A stretch of 64,000 nt of DNA from a cyanobacterium endosymbiont of Rhopalodia gibba. GTDB lineage: Bacteria; Cyanobacteriota; Cyanobacteriia; Cyanobacteriales; Microcystaceae. The translations under genes and the position numbers were made by a program. Positions 25,062-35,440 of the stretch are shown piece by piece (positions within the stretch are counted from its first letter, which is position 1; the number at the start of each line of letters is the position of its first letter). The notes under the pieces are model-generated. The model had not been told where the DNA came from. It did no database searches and saw nothing but the letters and a program-made list of their open reading frames with translations. Location of the stretch: assembly GCA_045159875.1 (NCBI GenBank), contig CP067995.1, positions 512,001 through 576,000 of the forward strand, given 5' to 3'.

Positions 25062-27036
25062 AGATTTTAGGTAAAGTAGATTTCTAAAATAACTGTCAGA
25101 ACGTATTTAGTTTATTTAACGCGCTTCAGTCGTTTATGACTACTAAATTTAGATGTAAAACTTGAATTTTTTTGAATTATACAAATAATTAAAAAATTAG
25201 GAGCAATAGAGTCGCTATAATCTATGATTATGCTAGATACTGTTGTGAAAACTTAGTTATAATAAGAAGGAAACAATCTAAATTGAAACGATATCTAAAA
25301 AAACTTATTTAGCTTTGTAATTTAGTTCAATTAAACTAAAAAGTAAGCACTTGAGAGGCAAAGATTTTGTAGGGTTGAGAAGATAGTATTTACCTTAGAA
25401 AGTATCTCAGGGACAGGCTCTCAAAAATAGTGTGGTCGCTGCAGCAATAAATTTAATCATAGCGAAGAAATTCTGAACAAATATAATTAAAGAGGAGAAA
25501 AAAATATCTATTAACTGATAAGCTACTTTAAAAAAGTGACTCAAAAATTAAAATTAAGGCCAGCACATAGGCGAATATAGAGAGGACTAAAAGTAGCCCG
25601 TTAGATAGAAAAATAAAACTTTATTGAAAAAGTTGTAGACCAAAAAGTATGAGATGACTTGAAAAAGTTTAGCGATTTCTGTTAGAGTCTAAGAGCATAA
25701 CGAAGAAATAAAAACCCTTTTTTTTAAAAAAAATTAAAAATCCACTTTTAAAAATCTAAAAGCTAGGAAAAAATATCTAAAAAATGAGATAGATATGTGT
25801 ATTTTTTATGCATCTAGAGTGGGATTGAAACCAATCAAAAAAAAGTATCAAGTCTCGCACAAGAGCAACTGTTATAGGAAATTAGGGCTATGAATGGTCG
25901 GTGATACGTCTATGGATTTATCAAACTACTAAAGAGAGCAACTTTATCAAATCAAATCCTAAGAGGGAACCTAAAATGGCTAAATTTAGTTGATAAACAT
26001 TTAGCTAAAGATGTAGGGCTATCTAAAAAAAAATATTAATAGAAGATAATAACAGATGACATGGTAGCAAAAAAATAAAAATAATTTTAGAAATTACTAG
26101 TAAATCTTTGGAAGCTTAATCTCTAGAATTAGCCCCAGCCAAAATATGATGGACATTATGTAGATGAGCCTTGATTTAATGGGTATTTTAACGATAAAGT
26201 TGTTATGTTAAAAAAGTATTGTTTAGCCATTTTAATATATTCAGTTAAATAAAAAAAATAATTGATGATTTAACCAATAATAATGAGTTAAATTGACTGT
26301 GTTTTTTTAGCATGGTATATCCATCGTATTTAGTATAAAATCTTGTCTCGACCTATAAAATCCCTAATTTTACATAGTTGCTTTAGGACTTTGTGGTTAC
26401 ATTTAGTAATTCAATAAGTTATTTAAAATTTAGAGAATTAACTTTTCCTAACTTTGTTTGAACCTTAATTGTCTCGGCAAAATAAAAGATAATATCAAGC
26501 GATATCGTTTTTTTAAACAAATTCAATACTTTGACTTTAAACGATCATCTCTTTTTCCTTTATCCATAGGCTTTCAAACGACTGGTGCTCTCTTTTTTTG
26601 ATTGGAACTTAATCTATTTTTAACTATTTCTAATCATGAAACTTAATTCCTGGTTACGAGATAAATCGTCAAACGTCTCGAATAGATAATCACAGCTAAA
26701 ATATTGGGATTCAGGGATCAAATACTGAGTATAGATGTTTGAAATGATACTCAGCCGTAGATTTATTCGTAATAGTTTTAATAGCTATTTTATATTTTGA
26801 CAACCTCCCCTACTTTATAAGTTTTCTGCTCTTTATTTTTAGCGAGAGCTTAATGTTTTTAAGATAAATTATATTTAAGCTCATCTATACAATACGCAAC
26901 TTTTATAAGCCAAACTAGGAAAAAATAGCTCATCAATATCTTGACCTTGCTTAGATAACTTAGGGAAAAAGCCAGGAATTTGCCTAGCTTTTTGATGAAT
27001 ATTCTTGAGTAGAAACTTCAGAAGTTACACTATTTT

Positions 27037-27192
27037 TTAACATTCATCATCCTTGTCTCCTCCACAATCATTGTTAGTAATTACATTTCCAGGCATAATA
27101 TGAGGGATGGCGAATGCTATGGTTTCTATGCCAATAATGGTGAGTAAGACGATGACGGTTCCTAAAGCTAATTGACATTTGATAGGTTTCAT
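27037..27192 (-). CDS. Putative secreted 51-aa peptide precursor (signal peptide plus C-terminal Cys loop); not in the ORF track
   Basis: AGGAG RBS 10 nt upstream; MKPIKCQLALGTVIVLLTIIGIETIAFA-IPHIMPGNVITNNDCGGDKDDEC*. Confidence 0.65.
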   Translation of the reverse strand: MKPIKCQLALGTVIVLLTIIGIETIAFAIPHIMPGNVITNNDCGGDKDDEC

Positions 27193-27437
27193 AGTTAATT
27201 GTCTCCTGGTCATTCACACCAATTTAGTTAGTTTTAAGGATCTTTAATCCTCCACTTTTAGGATAAAACGCCTTACATTGAATGTCAGTCCCACAGTTAA
27301 ATTTTAAGGCTGAGCAACATGGAAGTAAAGCGAAAATAGTAGAATTGGGAATAAGTATGTATTGAAAATCACACTTGATATTAACGGTCATTGTTGCCAG
27401 TGTAAATGCTAGATTTAATATTCTTAAGGCAATCGCC

Positions 27438-28808
27438 ATGAAACCAAAAGGCTGGGATCAATTCCTCAAAGAAGTAGCCATCGATCAAAATCTAAAAGGA
27501 AGACTTCGAGAAATCTTTTTAGTTCGGTTTGCTTATGAAAATTGGCGTAAACCAGATACAGAGGTTTGGGAACTAGCTGAAGCAGCCAGTCATGAGACAT
27601 ACAAAAAACAAATGACCGAACTCTACAGTTGTTTTGCCAATGATCAGCCTAATGGTTGCCCTGAATTGGATCCTCGTAGTAAAGGTCCTGGGAAGTTCCA
27701 AGTTTTACGAGAATGGCTCAAAGATATTAAATATCCTGATTGGAAACAAGCATCAGCAATGCCAAGCTTTTCAAGTCTTCCGATGATTGATCTCCAAATG
27801 CACATAAAAGTTGACTCTCCTATTTATATTCAACGTCCTCCGGTTGAAGTAGATAGTTGCCAAGAAATTCTTAAACCGGGTGCTTTAATTAGGATTAAAG
27901 CACCCGAAAAAATGGGGAAAACATCTCTTCTTAATACTATTCTCGTCTATGCTGAAGCTTATAACTGTCGCAAAGTGTATCTTAATCTCCGTGGTGCAGA
28001 AGGGGCAATGTTTACCACCTTAGATAAATTTCTTCGCTGGTTTTGTGCGAACATTAGTAGAGAGTTAGGCATTAAGCCTGAACTTGATGATTATTGGGAT
28101 GAGGAATTATTTGGTAGTTTAGTAAGTTGTAAAACTTATTTTCAAAGTTATTTATTAAAACAGATTGACCACCCTATAGCGTTAGGTTTAGACAATCTTG
28201 ATCGTATCTTTGAATATCCCGATATTGCTAAAGATTTTTTACCTATGCTTCGCTATTGGCATGAAGAAGCTAACAATTTAGAAATTTGGCAAAATCTTCG
28301 TTTAGTGATTGCTAATTCTACAGAGGTTTATATCAAACTTGACGCCAATCAATCTCCTTTTAATGTAGGAAGACAGGTTAAATTACCTGGGTTTAAGCTA
28401 GAACAAGTATTAACTTTAGCTAAATATTATGGATTGAGCTGGTCAGAAGATAAAAAACAACAAGAGTTTGCCAAATATTTAATTGAAATGGTAGGAGGAC
28501 ATCCCTATTTAATTCGTCTTGCTTTTGATGCCCTTACCTATAAGAATATTCCTCAAAATAAGCTCTTAGAAGAAGCCTCGACCCAAGGAGGAATTTACGG
28601 GTCGCATTTACGCCGTCATTGGAATAATTTACAATCTTCTCCTGAATTAGCTGAGGCTATGAAACAAGTGGTTAAAACTGAAATGGGAGTACAGTTAGAA
28701 CCATCTATAGCTTATAAATTAGAGAGTATGGGACTAATTAATTTAGTAGGAGATGAAGCTCAGCCCAGTTGCAAGCTGTATCATAGCTATTTTATGGATA
28801 ATCTTTAA
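27438..28808 (+). CDS. AAA-like (AAA_35-type) P-loop NTPase with an uncharacterised N-terminal domain
   Basis: YIQRPPVE, IRIKAPEKMGKTSLL, LGLDNLD, NQSPFNVG, MVGGHPYL and KLESMGLI motifs; start taken at MKPKG. Confidence 0.85.
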   Translation: MKPKGWDQFLKEVAIDQNLKGRLREIFLVRFAYENWRKPDTEVWELAEAASHETYKKQMTELYSCFANDQPNGCPELDPRSKGPGKFQVLREWLKDIKYPDWKQASAMPSFSSLPMIDLQMHIKVDSPIYIQRPPVEVDSCQEILKPGALIRIKAPEKMGKTSLLNTILVYAEAYNCRKVYLNLRGAEGAMFTTLDKFLRWFCANISRELGIKPELDDYWDEELFGSLVSCKTYFQSYLLKQIDHPIALGLDNLDRIFEYPDIAKDFLPMLRYWHEEANNLEIWQNLRLVIANSTEVYIKLDANQSPFNVGRQVKLPGFKLEQVLTLAKYYGLSWSEDKKQQEFAKYLIEMVGGHPYLIRLAFDALTYKNIPQNKLLEEASTQGGIYGSHLRRHWNNLQSSPELAEAMKQVVKTEMGVQLEPSIAYKLESMGLINLVGDEAQPSCKLYHSYFMDNL

Positions 28809-29191
28809 ACTCTAATTTTATTGAATGGTGTCAGTTTATTTTTCTGCTTCTTCTAATGCTCGATACAAATACCAACTCTTTCTAAATTTTAAGCTTTTTA
28901 AAAGGTTATTTTTCTTCTCACTTATACTCCCCCTCTTTAGAGGATATATTGATAGTTCCTTGTCGTTAGAATTTTAATAATTTAAAGGATTTTGTGACAA
29001 TCTATCCCTGAAACTAACAAAAGAGATACTCCTAAAAATCCTAAATTAATTAAATTGTATAGATGGATAAGTTCACTCAAAGTAAGACATTTAAATTATT
29101 AAGTTAATCTTTTTAAGATTAACTTAATACCAAGTGGTTTATTTGTAAAATTAGTTACCAATTAGTGAGATTAATCATCAGGTTTAAATTA

Positions 29192-30277
29192 CTAAACTAT
29201 AACTAGCATCCCATCTCCAAAAGAATAAAATCGATAACGTTGTTCAATTGCTTCTTGATATAAATTCATCAATCTTTCTCGTCCTATCAAAGCACTCACT
29301 AACATTAATAAACTTGAACGCGGCAAGTGAAAATTCGTAATCATTCCATCAACCACTTGCCAGGAATACCCAGGATAAATAAATAGATTAGTCTTGCCTT
29401 GAAATGGTACTAACCCTTGTTTACCTTGAGTTTTAGCTATTTGTACTGCCCCTTCCAAAGATCGAACCACCGTTGTTCCTACTGCAATCACCCGTCCCCC
29501 ATTCTTTTTTGTCTGAGCAATCATCTCCACAGTAGTTTGGGGGACTTCCATCCATTCCGAATGCATATCATGTTGGGTAATATCTTCTGCCTCCACAGGA
29601 CGAAATGTTCCTACCCCCACATGGAGAGTCACATAAGCTTGAGCGATTCCCTTCTCAGTCAACCTTTGTAACAACTCTGGGGTAAAGTGTAATCCTGCTG
29701 TGGGAGCCGCCACCGCTCCAGGTTTTTGAGCATAAACGGTTTGATAAAGATCGTAGTTATCTTCAAAACGGGTGATATAAGGAGGTAGAGGAATCTTCCC
29801 CAGGTGTTCGATCGCCTGCCAAAATAAGTCCGGTGAAGCTCTCTCAAACTGTAACAATCTTCCCCCTGTTGCTGAATCAACTGTAAGTACCTTAGCTTTT
29901 AAATAAACGGGACTTTTTGTATTTCCTTCTGGAGAGTCGGGAAACCAAATTTCCGAACCAACTTTAAACCGTTTTCCTGGTTTAACTAAAGCCAACCAAC
30001 ACAATGGAGCTTTTTCCTCTAATAGTAATATCTCAACAGGTGCACCTGTCGGTTTATGTCCATAAAGTCTAGCCTGAATGACACGAGTATCATTGAGCAC
30101 TAATAAGTCTCCTGGCAATAACCACTCGGGTAACTCTCGGAACACACTATGAACTTGAGTCGTCAAGGAATTAACTACCAATAATCGAGAACTGTCTCTA
30201 GGGGTAACAGGTTTTTGGGCAATCAACTCAGGTGGCAATTGATAATCGTAACTCGATAATAAACAGTCATCAGTCAT
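29192..30277 (-). CDS. queA: S-adenosylmethionine:tRNA ribosyltransferase-isomerase
   Basis: YDYQLPPELIAQ, PLPPYI, AAPTAGLHF, TNFHLPRSSL and YRFYSFGD motifs. Confidence 0.97.
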   Translation of the reverse strand: MTDDCLLSSYDYQLPPELIAQKPVTPRDSSRLLVVNSLTTQVHSVFRELPEWLLPGDLLVLNDTRVIQARLYGHKPTGAPVEILLLEEKAPLCWLALVKPGKRFKVGSEIWFPDSPEGNTKSPVYLKAKVLTVDSATGGRLLQFERASPDLFWQAIEHLGKIPLPPYITRFEDNYDLYQTVYAQKPGAVAAPTAGLHFTPELLQRLTEKGIAQAYVTLHVGVGTFRPVEAEDITQHDMHSEWMEVPQTTVEMIAQTKKNGGRVIAVGTTVVRSLEGAVQIAKTQGKQGLVPFQGKTNLFIYPGYSWQVVDGMITNFHLPRSSLLMLVSALIGRERLMNLYQEAIEQRYRFYSFGDGMLVIV

Positions 30278-30426
30278 AGGGAAAACAAAAATCTGAAGAA
30301 ATTGGGTAGTTTCCCCCATTGTAAAACGTCTAAAATGGGGGGGAGTCCCCTATGAGAATTGGTTAGATTATTGTCACCCTAGAAGACGCAGGATAATTAA
30401 TTAAGCAGATAACTTAGAGAGAAGCA

Positions 30427-30816
30427 ATGGACTATATTTACTTTCTTGGTAACGCCAGCTTAACCTTACGGGCTATCGAATACTTACAATCAACGAACGA
30501 CTGGCCATCTTGTTCGATGACAGTTATTCATCAAATTAATGGTTGGATCGTTAGAGTCAAGTTTAAACAGCCTTTAAATCCTTACCAACATGGGAACTTT
30601 AAGGCATTTATGAATGAAATCGGTATCCCCTACGAACTTGAAATCCGTCTTCAAATGGTCTTCTGGAGTTTAGAAACGGGACAATCTCCCATTGATGTCA
30701 TGCGTCGTTATCAAGTGGCTATTGTTTCTCACGGCTCTCCAGATATTAATGACATTGAGGCATTTCGGCAACAATTTACCAAAGGCTTAGGTTATTGCCC
30801 AGAAACTTTAGCTTAA
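30427..30816 (+). CDS. Conserved cyanobacterial hypothetical protein
   Basis: Intact 129-aa ORF with normal composition (MDYIYFLGNASLTLR...GLGYCPETLA). Confidence 0.8.
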   Translation: MDYIYFLGNASLTLRAIEYLQSTNDWPSCSMTVIHQINGWIVRVKFKQPLNPYQHGNFKAFMNEIGIPYELEIRLQMVFWSLETGQSPIDVMRRYQVAIVSHGSPDINDIEAFRQQFTKGLGYCPETLA

Positions 30817-31021
30817 TTCGTCAGGAAATTTGGGTAGACATCTTTTCGTAGAACGATGGCTTCGTATTAGAGTGTCACGTAGGTTAAGCGACCCACCCAA
30901 GACAATAGATTAAGTTAAGACGGCTTTTAGAGTAAAGTCCAGTTAACCTAATTAACTGGTAGTGCAGACAATATTAAGTAGAGGCAGTTTTGTTGAAGCA
31001 GAAATATGGAATTGTGAAGCT

Positions 31022-31041
31022 CAGGAGTTACTCCTGTTTTT
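31022..31041 (+). terminator. Rho-independent terminator-like hairpin
   Basis: CAGGAG-TTA-CTCCTG followed by TTTTT. Confidence 0.5.
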
Positions 31042-31140
31042 CGGCGTATGAAGATGTTAAAACCATTCCTATTAATTAGGAACAAAATGGTCCATGACAC
31101 GGTATACTCCACCCAGAGATATTGATTAACTAGAAAAGTA

Positions 31141-32502
31141 ATGGTAGCCGTAGCAATTCTCGCAGCAGGACGTGGAACACGAATGAAGTCAGACCTTCCT
31201 AAGGTACTTCATCAAGTGGGGGGACGTTCATTGGTGGAACGGGTACTTGAAAGTTGTTGCCTGCTCAATCCATCTCAAAAACTCGTCATTGTGGGTTATG
31301 AAGCTCAACTAGTTCAACAGTCATTGCATCAGGTTAGCTTCTTAGAATTTGTTGAGCAAAGGGAACAATTAGGCACAGGCCATGCCATTCAACAATTGTT
31401 GCCCTGTTTAAAAAACTTTACCGGAGATTTATTAGTCTTAAATGGAGATGTGCCCTTATTAAGGCCTGAAACGTTAGAAAATTTACTCAAAAGTCATCAA
31501 CTTCATCGTAATGCTGCTACATTACTCACAGCAAATTTACCTGATCCAAAAGGATATGGACGTGTGTTTTGTGATGGTGACAATTTAGTCAAACAAATTG
31601 TGGAAGATCGTGACTGTAACGCCGCCCAAACACAAAACCATCGCATTAATGGAGGTATTTATTGTTTTAATTGGACAAAATTAGCCGAAGTGCTGCCGAA
31701 ACTCTCTTCTAATAATGATCAAGAAGAATATTATTTAACGGATGTGGTTAAATATCTATCTCCTGTGATGGCAGTAGATGTGAAAGATCATTTTGAGATT
31801 AGTGGGATTAACGATCGTAAACAACTGGCTATTGCAAATGATATCCTCCAAAGTCGTATTAAAGATTATTGGATGGCTAAAGGAGTGACCATGATTGCTC
31901 CTGATAGTATCACTATTGACGATACCGTTGAATTACAACCTGATGTTGTGATCGAACCCCAAAGTCACTTAAGGGGAAATACTGTTATTGGGAAAGGAAG
32001 TATCATAGGACCAGGAACTCTAATTGAAAATAGTAAAGTTGGTAAAAACGTAATAGTACTCTACTCGGTCATCATTGATAGTCAAGTGGCTGATGGATGT
32101 CGTGTTGGACCTTATACACATTTGCGGGGTCAAGCTCGAGTGGGAGAGTCTTCTCGTATTGGTAATTTTGTAGAAATTAAAAAGTCAATCATCGGACAAA
32201 AAACCAATGTGGCTCATCTTTCCTATCTGGGGGATGCAACTTTAGGAGAAAGAGTTAACGTGGGGGCCGGAACTATTACTGCTAACTATGATGGGGTGCA
32301 AAAACATCCAACCATTATTGGTGATGGAACAAAAACTGGAGCTAACAGTGTGTTTGTGGCTCCAGTGACGCTAGGGGAAAATGTCACTGTAGCTGCGGGG
32401 TCTGTTGTCACCGATAATGTACCCGATCAAGCGTTAGTCATTGCTCGGGAACGGCAGCGAATTATTAAGGATTGGAAAATGAGTATTAAGAAGAAAAATT
32501 AG
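31141..32502 (+). CDS. glmU: Bifunctional UDP-GlcNAc pyrophosphorylase / glucosamine-1-P N-acetyltransferase
   Basis: [37 protein letters not shown] and hexapeptide repeats. Confidence 0.98.
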   Translation: MVAVAILAAGRGTRMKSDLPKVLHQVGGRSLVERVLESCCLLNPSQKLVIVGYEAQLVQQSLHQVSFLEFVEQREQLGTGHAIQQLLPCLKNFTGDLLVLNGDVPLLRPETLENLLKSHQLHRNAATLLTANLPDPKGYGRVFCDGDNLVKQIVEDRDCNAAQTQNHRINGGIYCFNWTKLAEVLPKLSSNNDQEEYYLTDVVKYLSPVMAVDVKDHFEISGINDRKQLAIANDILQSRIKDYWMAKGVTMIAPDSITIDDTVELQPDVVIEPQSHLRGNTVIGKGSIIGPGTLIENSKVGKNVIVLYSVIIDSQVADGCRVGPYTHLRGQARVGESSRIGNFVEIKKSIIGQKTNVAHLSYLGDATLGERVNVGAGTITANYDGVQKHPTIIGDGTKTGANSVFVAPVTLGENVTVAAGSVVTDNVPDQALVIARERQRIIKDWKMSIKKKN

Positions 32503-33330
32503 TAATTTATTGTCCTCTATGAGATAAATAATAACTGACATAAAATTACTTGGGCTAGAATCTCTACTTTTTACTTATAAGTAGTTGGGCATCAATAAAC
32601 AACACAATGCCGAGAAATTGCAGTAGAGTGAGTAGATTATCAACTTATCATAAAAAAACTAAGAGTATTCCAGCGTAATAAGCCAAAATAAAGCTTAAAA
32701 TCAATATAACATGGATACTGGTAAATGTAAGTTTCATAGTTATTTCTACCTGGTTGAATAAGATTTAGTCTTTTTTGTTTAATTGTTAGTTGATCGACTT
32801 TGCCAGATTTCTAATTCTTAACAATAAATCTCTTCGCTTCTAAACTATTCAATGCTGAAGATCATTTAATGACGTCTATCACTACTATCATCAATTCGTA
32901 TTTATCTTCCAACATCCTAGCGGCTAATTTAGCCTTTTTTATTCTTTACTATTCTTACTTAATTATTTTGAATTTTTGGGAATAAGTATACAAAAAATGT
33001 GTAAATACGACTTTCTTTGTCTTTTATACTGTACTTTTATCGCGGAAAAAACATAAATAAGTCCATGCTTTTCGAGAATCATTGTTATTTTACAAGATTT
33101 TTTCAATCTTTTTTAAATTTTGTCATCTTACTAGTTCATTAATTTAATAATATTGAGTAAGTAGTTTTTAATAAATATCAAAAAAAATTTATCTCTAATA
33201 TTTAAGCAGTTAAAGTTGAATTTTTTTTGTACTGCTTTAATTTTTTATGAAAAAATCAATTTTGGTTGTGAAAACCAACTTCTAATAAAAAAGAAACAAT
33301 CTAGATAAAAACGATTCCTTGAAAAGCTTA

Positions 33331-33376
33331 TTTAGCTCCACATATTAGTTTGATCAAACTAATATGTGGAGCTAAA
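33331..33376. repeat. Perfect 46-bp palindrome with no spacer
   Basis: TTTAGCTCCACATATTAGTTTGA|TCAAACTAATATGTGGAGCTAAA. Confidence 0.9.
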
Positions 33377-33480
33377 AAGTCAAAATTCTATTGCTGTGAC
33401 ACCCTAGTGTAGGGAAATTACTCAAGGGGAGAAAGTCTATAGCTTTTGTGGAGTGTAGAAATTAGTTTTCTTTCAAAGGA

Positions 33481-33921
33481 TTATGAAGGCAGAATTTTAT
33501 CATTTTGATTAAATAACTCAAATACTTGACGACAGAAACATTTAAGCCTTTCCTCTACATCTGCGACTGGTCGATAATTTCCCTCAGATTGCCAATCATA
33601 CACTGTTGACAGTCGCCAGGCCAGGCCTTGATGATTAAAGGCTGTTGCATCGACTCCAACTAATTTTTCGAAGTTATCTACGGGATCTTGATGAAAACGA
33701 ATTTGTACCAACAAACTACGACTTTGGAAACGGGGACTCCATCCAGGTAAATGGAACCCAATGTCAATGGAATTGGGATCGACTAATTCAATCGTATCAG
33801 GGTCATTATACCAAGGTTTAAGATCTGCTTTTGCATCGGGAAAATGCGACTTAAATAGATGGACAATGACTGCAATCTTAGTAGCCACTTCTAGTCCTTG
33901 TGCTTTTTCCGACGCGTTCAT
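33481..33921 (-). CDS. Conserved cyanobacterial hypothetical protein
   Basis: Intact ORF MNASEKA...DLKPW.ND..T...DPNSIDIGFHLPGWS. Confidence 0.8.
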   Translation of the reverse strand: MNASEKAQGLEVATKIAVIVHLFKSHFPDAKADLKPWYNDPDTIELVDPNSIDIGFHLPGWSPRFQSRSLLVQIRFHQDPVDNFEKLVGVDATAFNHQGLAWRLSTVYDWQSEGNYRPVADVEERLKCFCRQVFELFNQNDKILPS

Positions 33922-34042
33922 AGTGTAATTTCCTCTCACATATAGATAGACCAACAGATTTTAACTAGGTCTTAGATAGCAAATTTAATAAATAAATTTG
34001 CTCTATTCTATGCCACGATTTTAATAAGTTTCTCTATAGATA

Positions 34043-34866
34043 ATGACGACAAAATTAAAAGTTCATGACAGAGCATTTCCTGACGACTGATTTTCCTGAG
34101 TAATTTTATCAGGAGGTTTTCCTACTCTAATGATACTGAAAAACCCTCTGTTATTCTTCTCCATGGAGGACTTTCCCACAGCTATACTTACTTAGCGAGA
34201 GATAATGCCTCCTTTAGCGAAAAAAGACTTTCTAATAATAGCCCCTGATTAAATTAGTTTTGGAGAATCTGCTATCCCTAGATAGGGGAAAGTTTACCTA
34301 TGCCCTCTAACTTAATAGTTAGGCGTTAGAAGTGTTTATTGAAGTCTTAGTAGATCTTAAGCCATGATCTATGCATCGTCCAAGGTTTTCTAGTCTAAGT
34401 AGAAATATAATATGCCTTTGCTCATCTTAGGCAAATTGATTGTCTGATCATATTAAATACTCCCATGTCACCCGATATAAAATTACCATAGATCATGAAA
34501 CAGTAGAAGATTACTCTTGTAGTGAATTTAGTGACTCACAATCTTAATAATTGTCGATCAAAATCTTGATAAAAGAAGTAAGTTTATTGTTTCTAATAAA
34601 AAATTTGCAATATATCGACAACCGTAAAAGTTCGGCTAATGATAGCTATTCAAAAAAGGGTTAATATTTGGGGTGATTGTCTTGTCACCTTAATTGTTTG
34701 GGGGATGGCTGCTCCCTGACTATTTTTAGAGGTTTCCAAAAGCTTAGCAGTTGCTTATGATATCGTGGGATTGCTAAATACCGATGATGCTAAACACTAT
34801 TTCCAAAAACATTGAGTGCAAGAAGTGAGCAATCCAATTGTAAACTTTTCATTCCGTCAGGCTTGA
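34043..34866 (+). pseudogene. Alpha/beta-fold hydrolase pseudogene
   Basis: PSVILLHGGLSHSY, IAPD*ISFGES, LIILNTPMS and DAKHYFQKH fragments with many disruptions. Confidence 0.75.
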
Positions 34867-34927
34867 TAAAGGATCTGATTATTAGAAAAAGCAATAAACG
34901 AGTTTAATTGTGAATAGTAGCAATAGA

Positions 34928-35317
34928 ATGATGTCAAGTATTAGGTCGATTTTATCGATGCTCTTGATGCTCTTGATGCTCTTGATGCTCTTGATGCTCG
35001 TGACCGTTTTTTAGCGAGTTGTAGTGGTCCTCAAGCGTCTATTCTCACCACCTGTTCCCTTATAAAAAATTGAACAACTGCAAGTTTTGATTAAACTGAT
35101 TGTAGAAACGTGGGGAAAAATGTCAATTTAAAAAGATTTTATCTCTGACCTAAATTGGATAGATACCCGAACTTATATTCATTGACCTTGAAGCACACTT
35201 GGGCAACAGATATTAATGCAGCGGGCAGCGGCTAGAAATTTTAATGGATTTGCCGCTAAAACCCAATATTATCAAGCTGTTGGGAACTTTGATACTTTCT
35301 TGTTTCTGATTTCTTAA
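34928..35317 (+). pseudogene. psbQ: Photosystem II lipoprotein CyanoQ pseudogene
   Basis: MSSIRSILS..., lipobox-like LASC then SGPQ, IEQLQV, NWIDTRTYIH*P, AKTQYYQAVGNFDTFL; frameshifts, stops and an internal deletion. Confidence 0.85.
34957..34999 (+). repeat. Tandem repeat (GATGCTCTT)x4.8 inside the psbQ signal peptide
   Basis: Directly visible; reads MLL MLL MLL MLL ML. Confidence 0.95.
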
Positions 35318-35440
35318 TGTAATTAAGTTAGTTAATGTATAACAGTTAATAGTAGTCGGTTATCCTCTTTTACTCCTTGACATACTAATCACTTTTTTAT
35401 ACTATTAACTGTTAACTTCGTCCTTTGTTTTTCAGTAAAA

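Noticed and set aside
25250..26800. Gene-sized decayed region downstream of the ABC1 kinase
   Set aside because: Probably pseudogene debris, but no family motif could be recognised.
32560..32737. 29-aa hydrophobic ORF MKLTFTSIHVILILSFILAYYAGILLVFL on the minus strand
   Set aside because: Weak RBS, and T-rich DNA yields hydrophobic ORFs by chance; it may be a pseudogene fragment.
34957..34999. Repeat considered as a CRISPR array
   Set aside because: It is a 9-bp tandem unit with no spacers, and there are no cas genes in the window.
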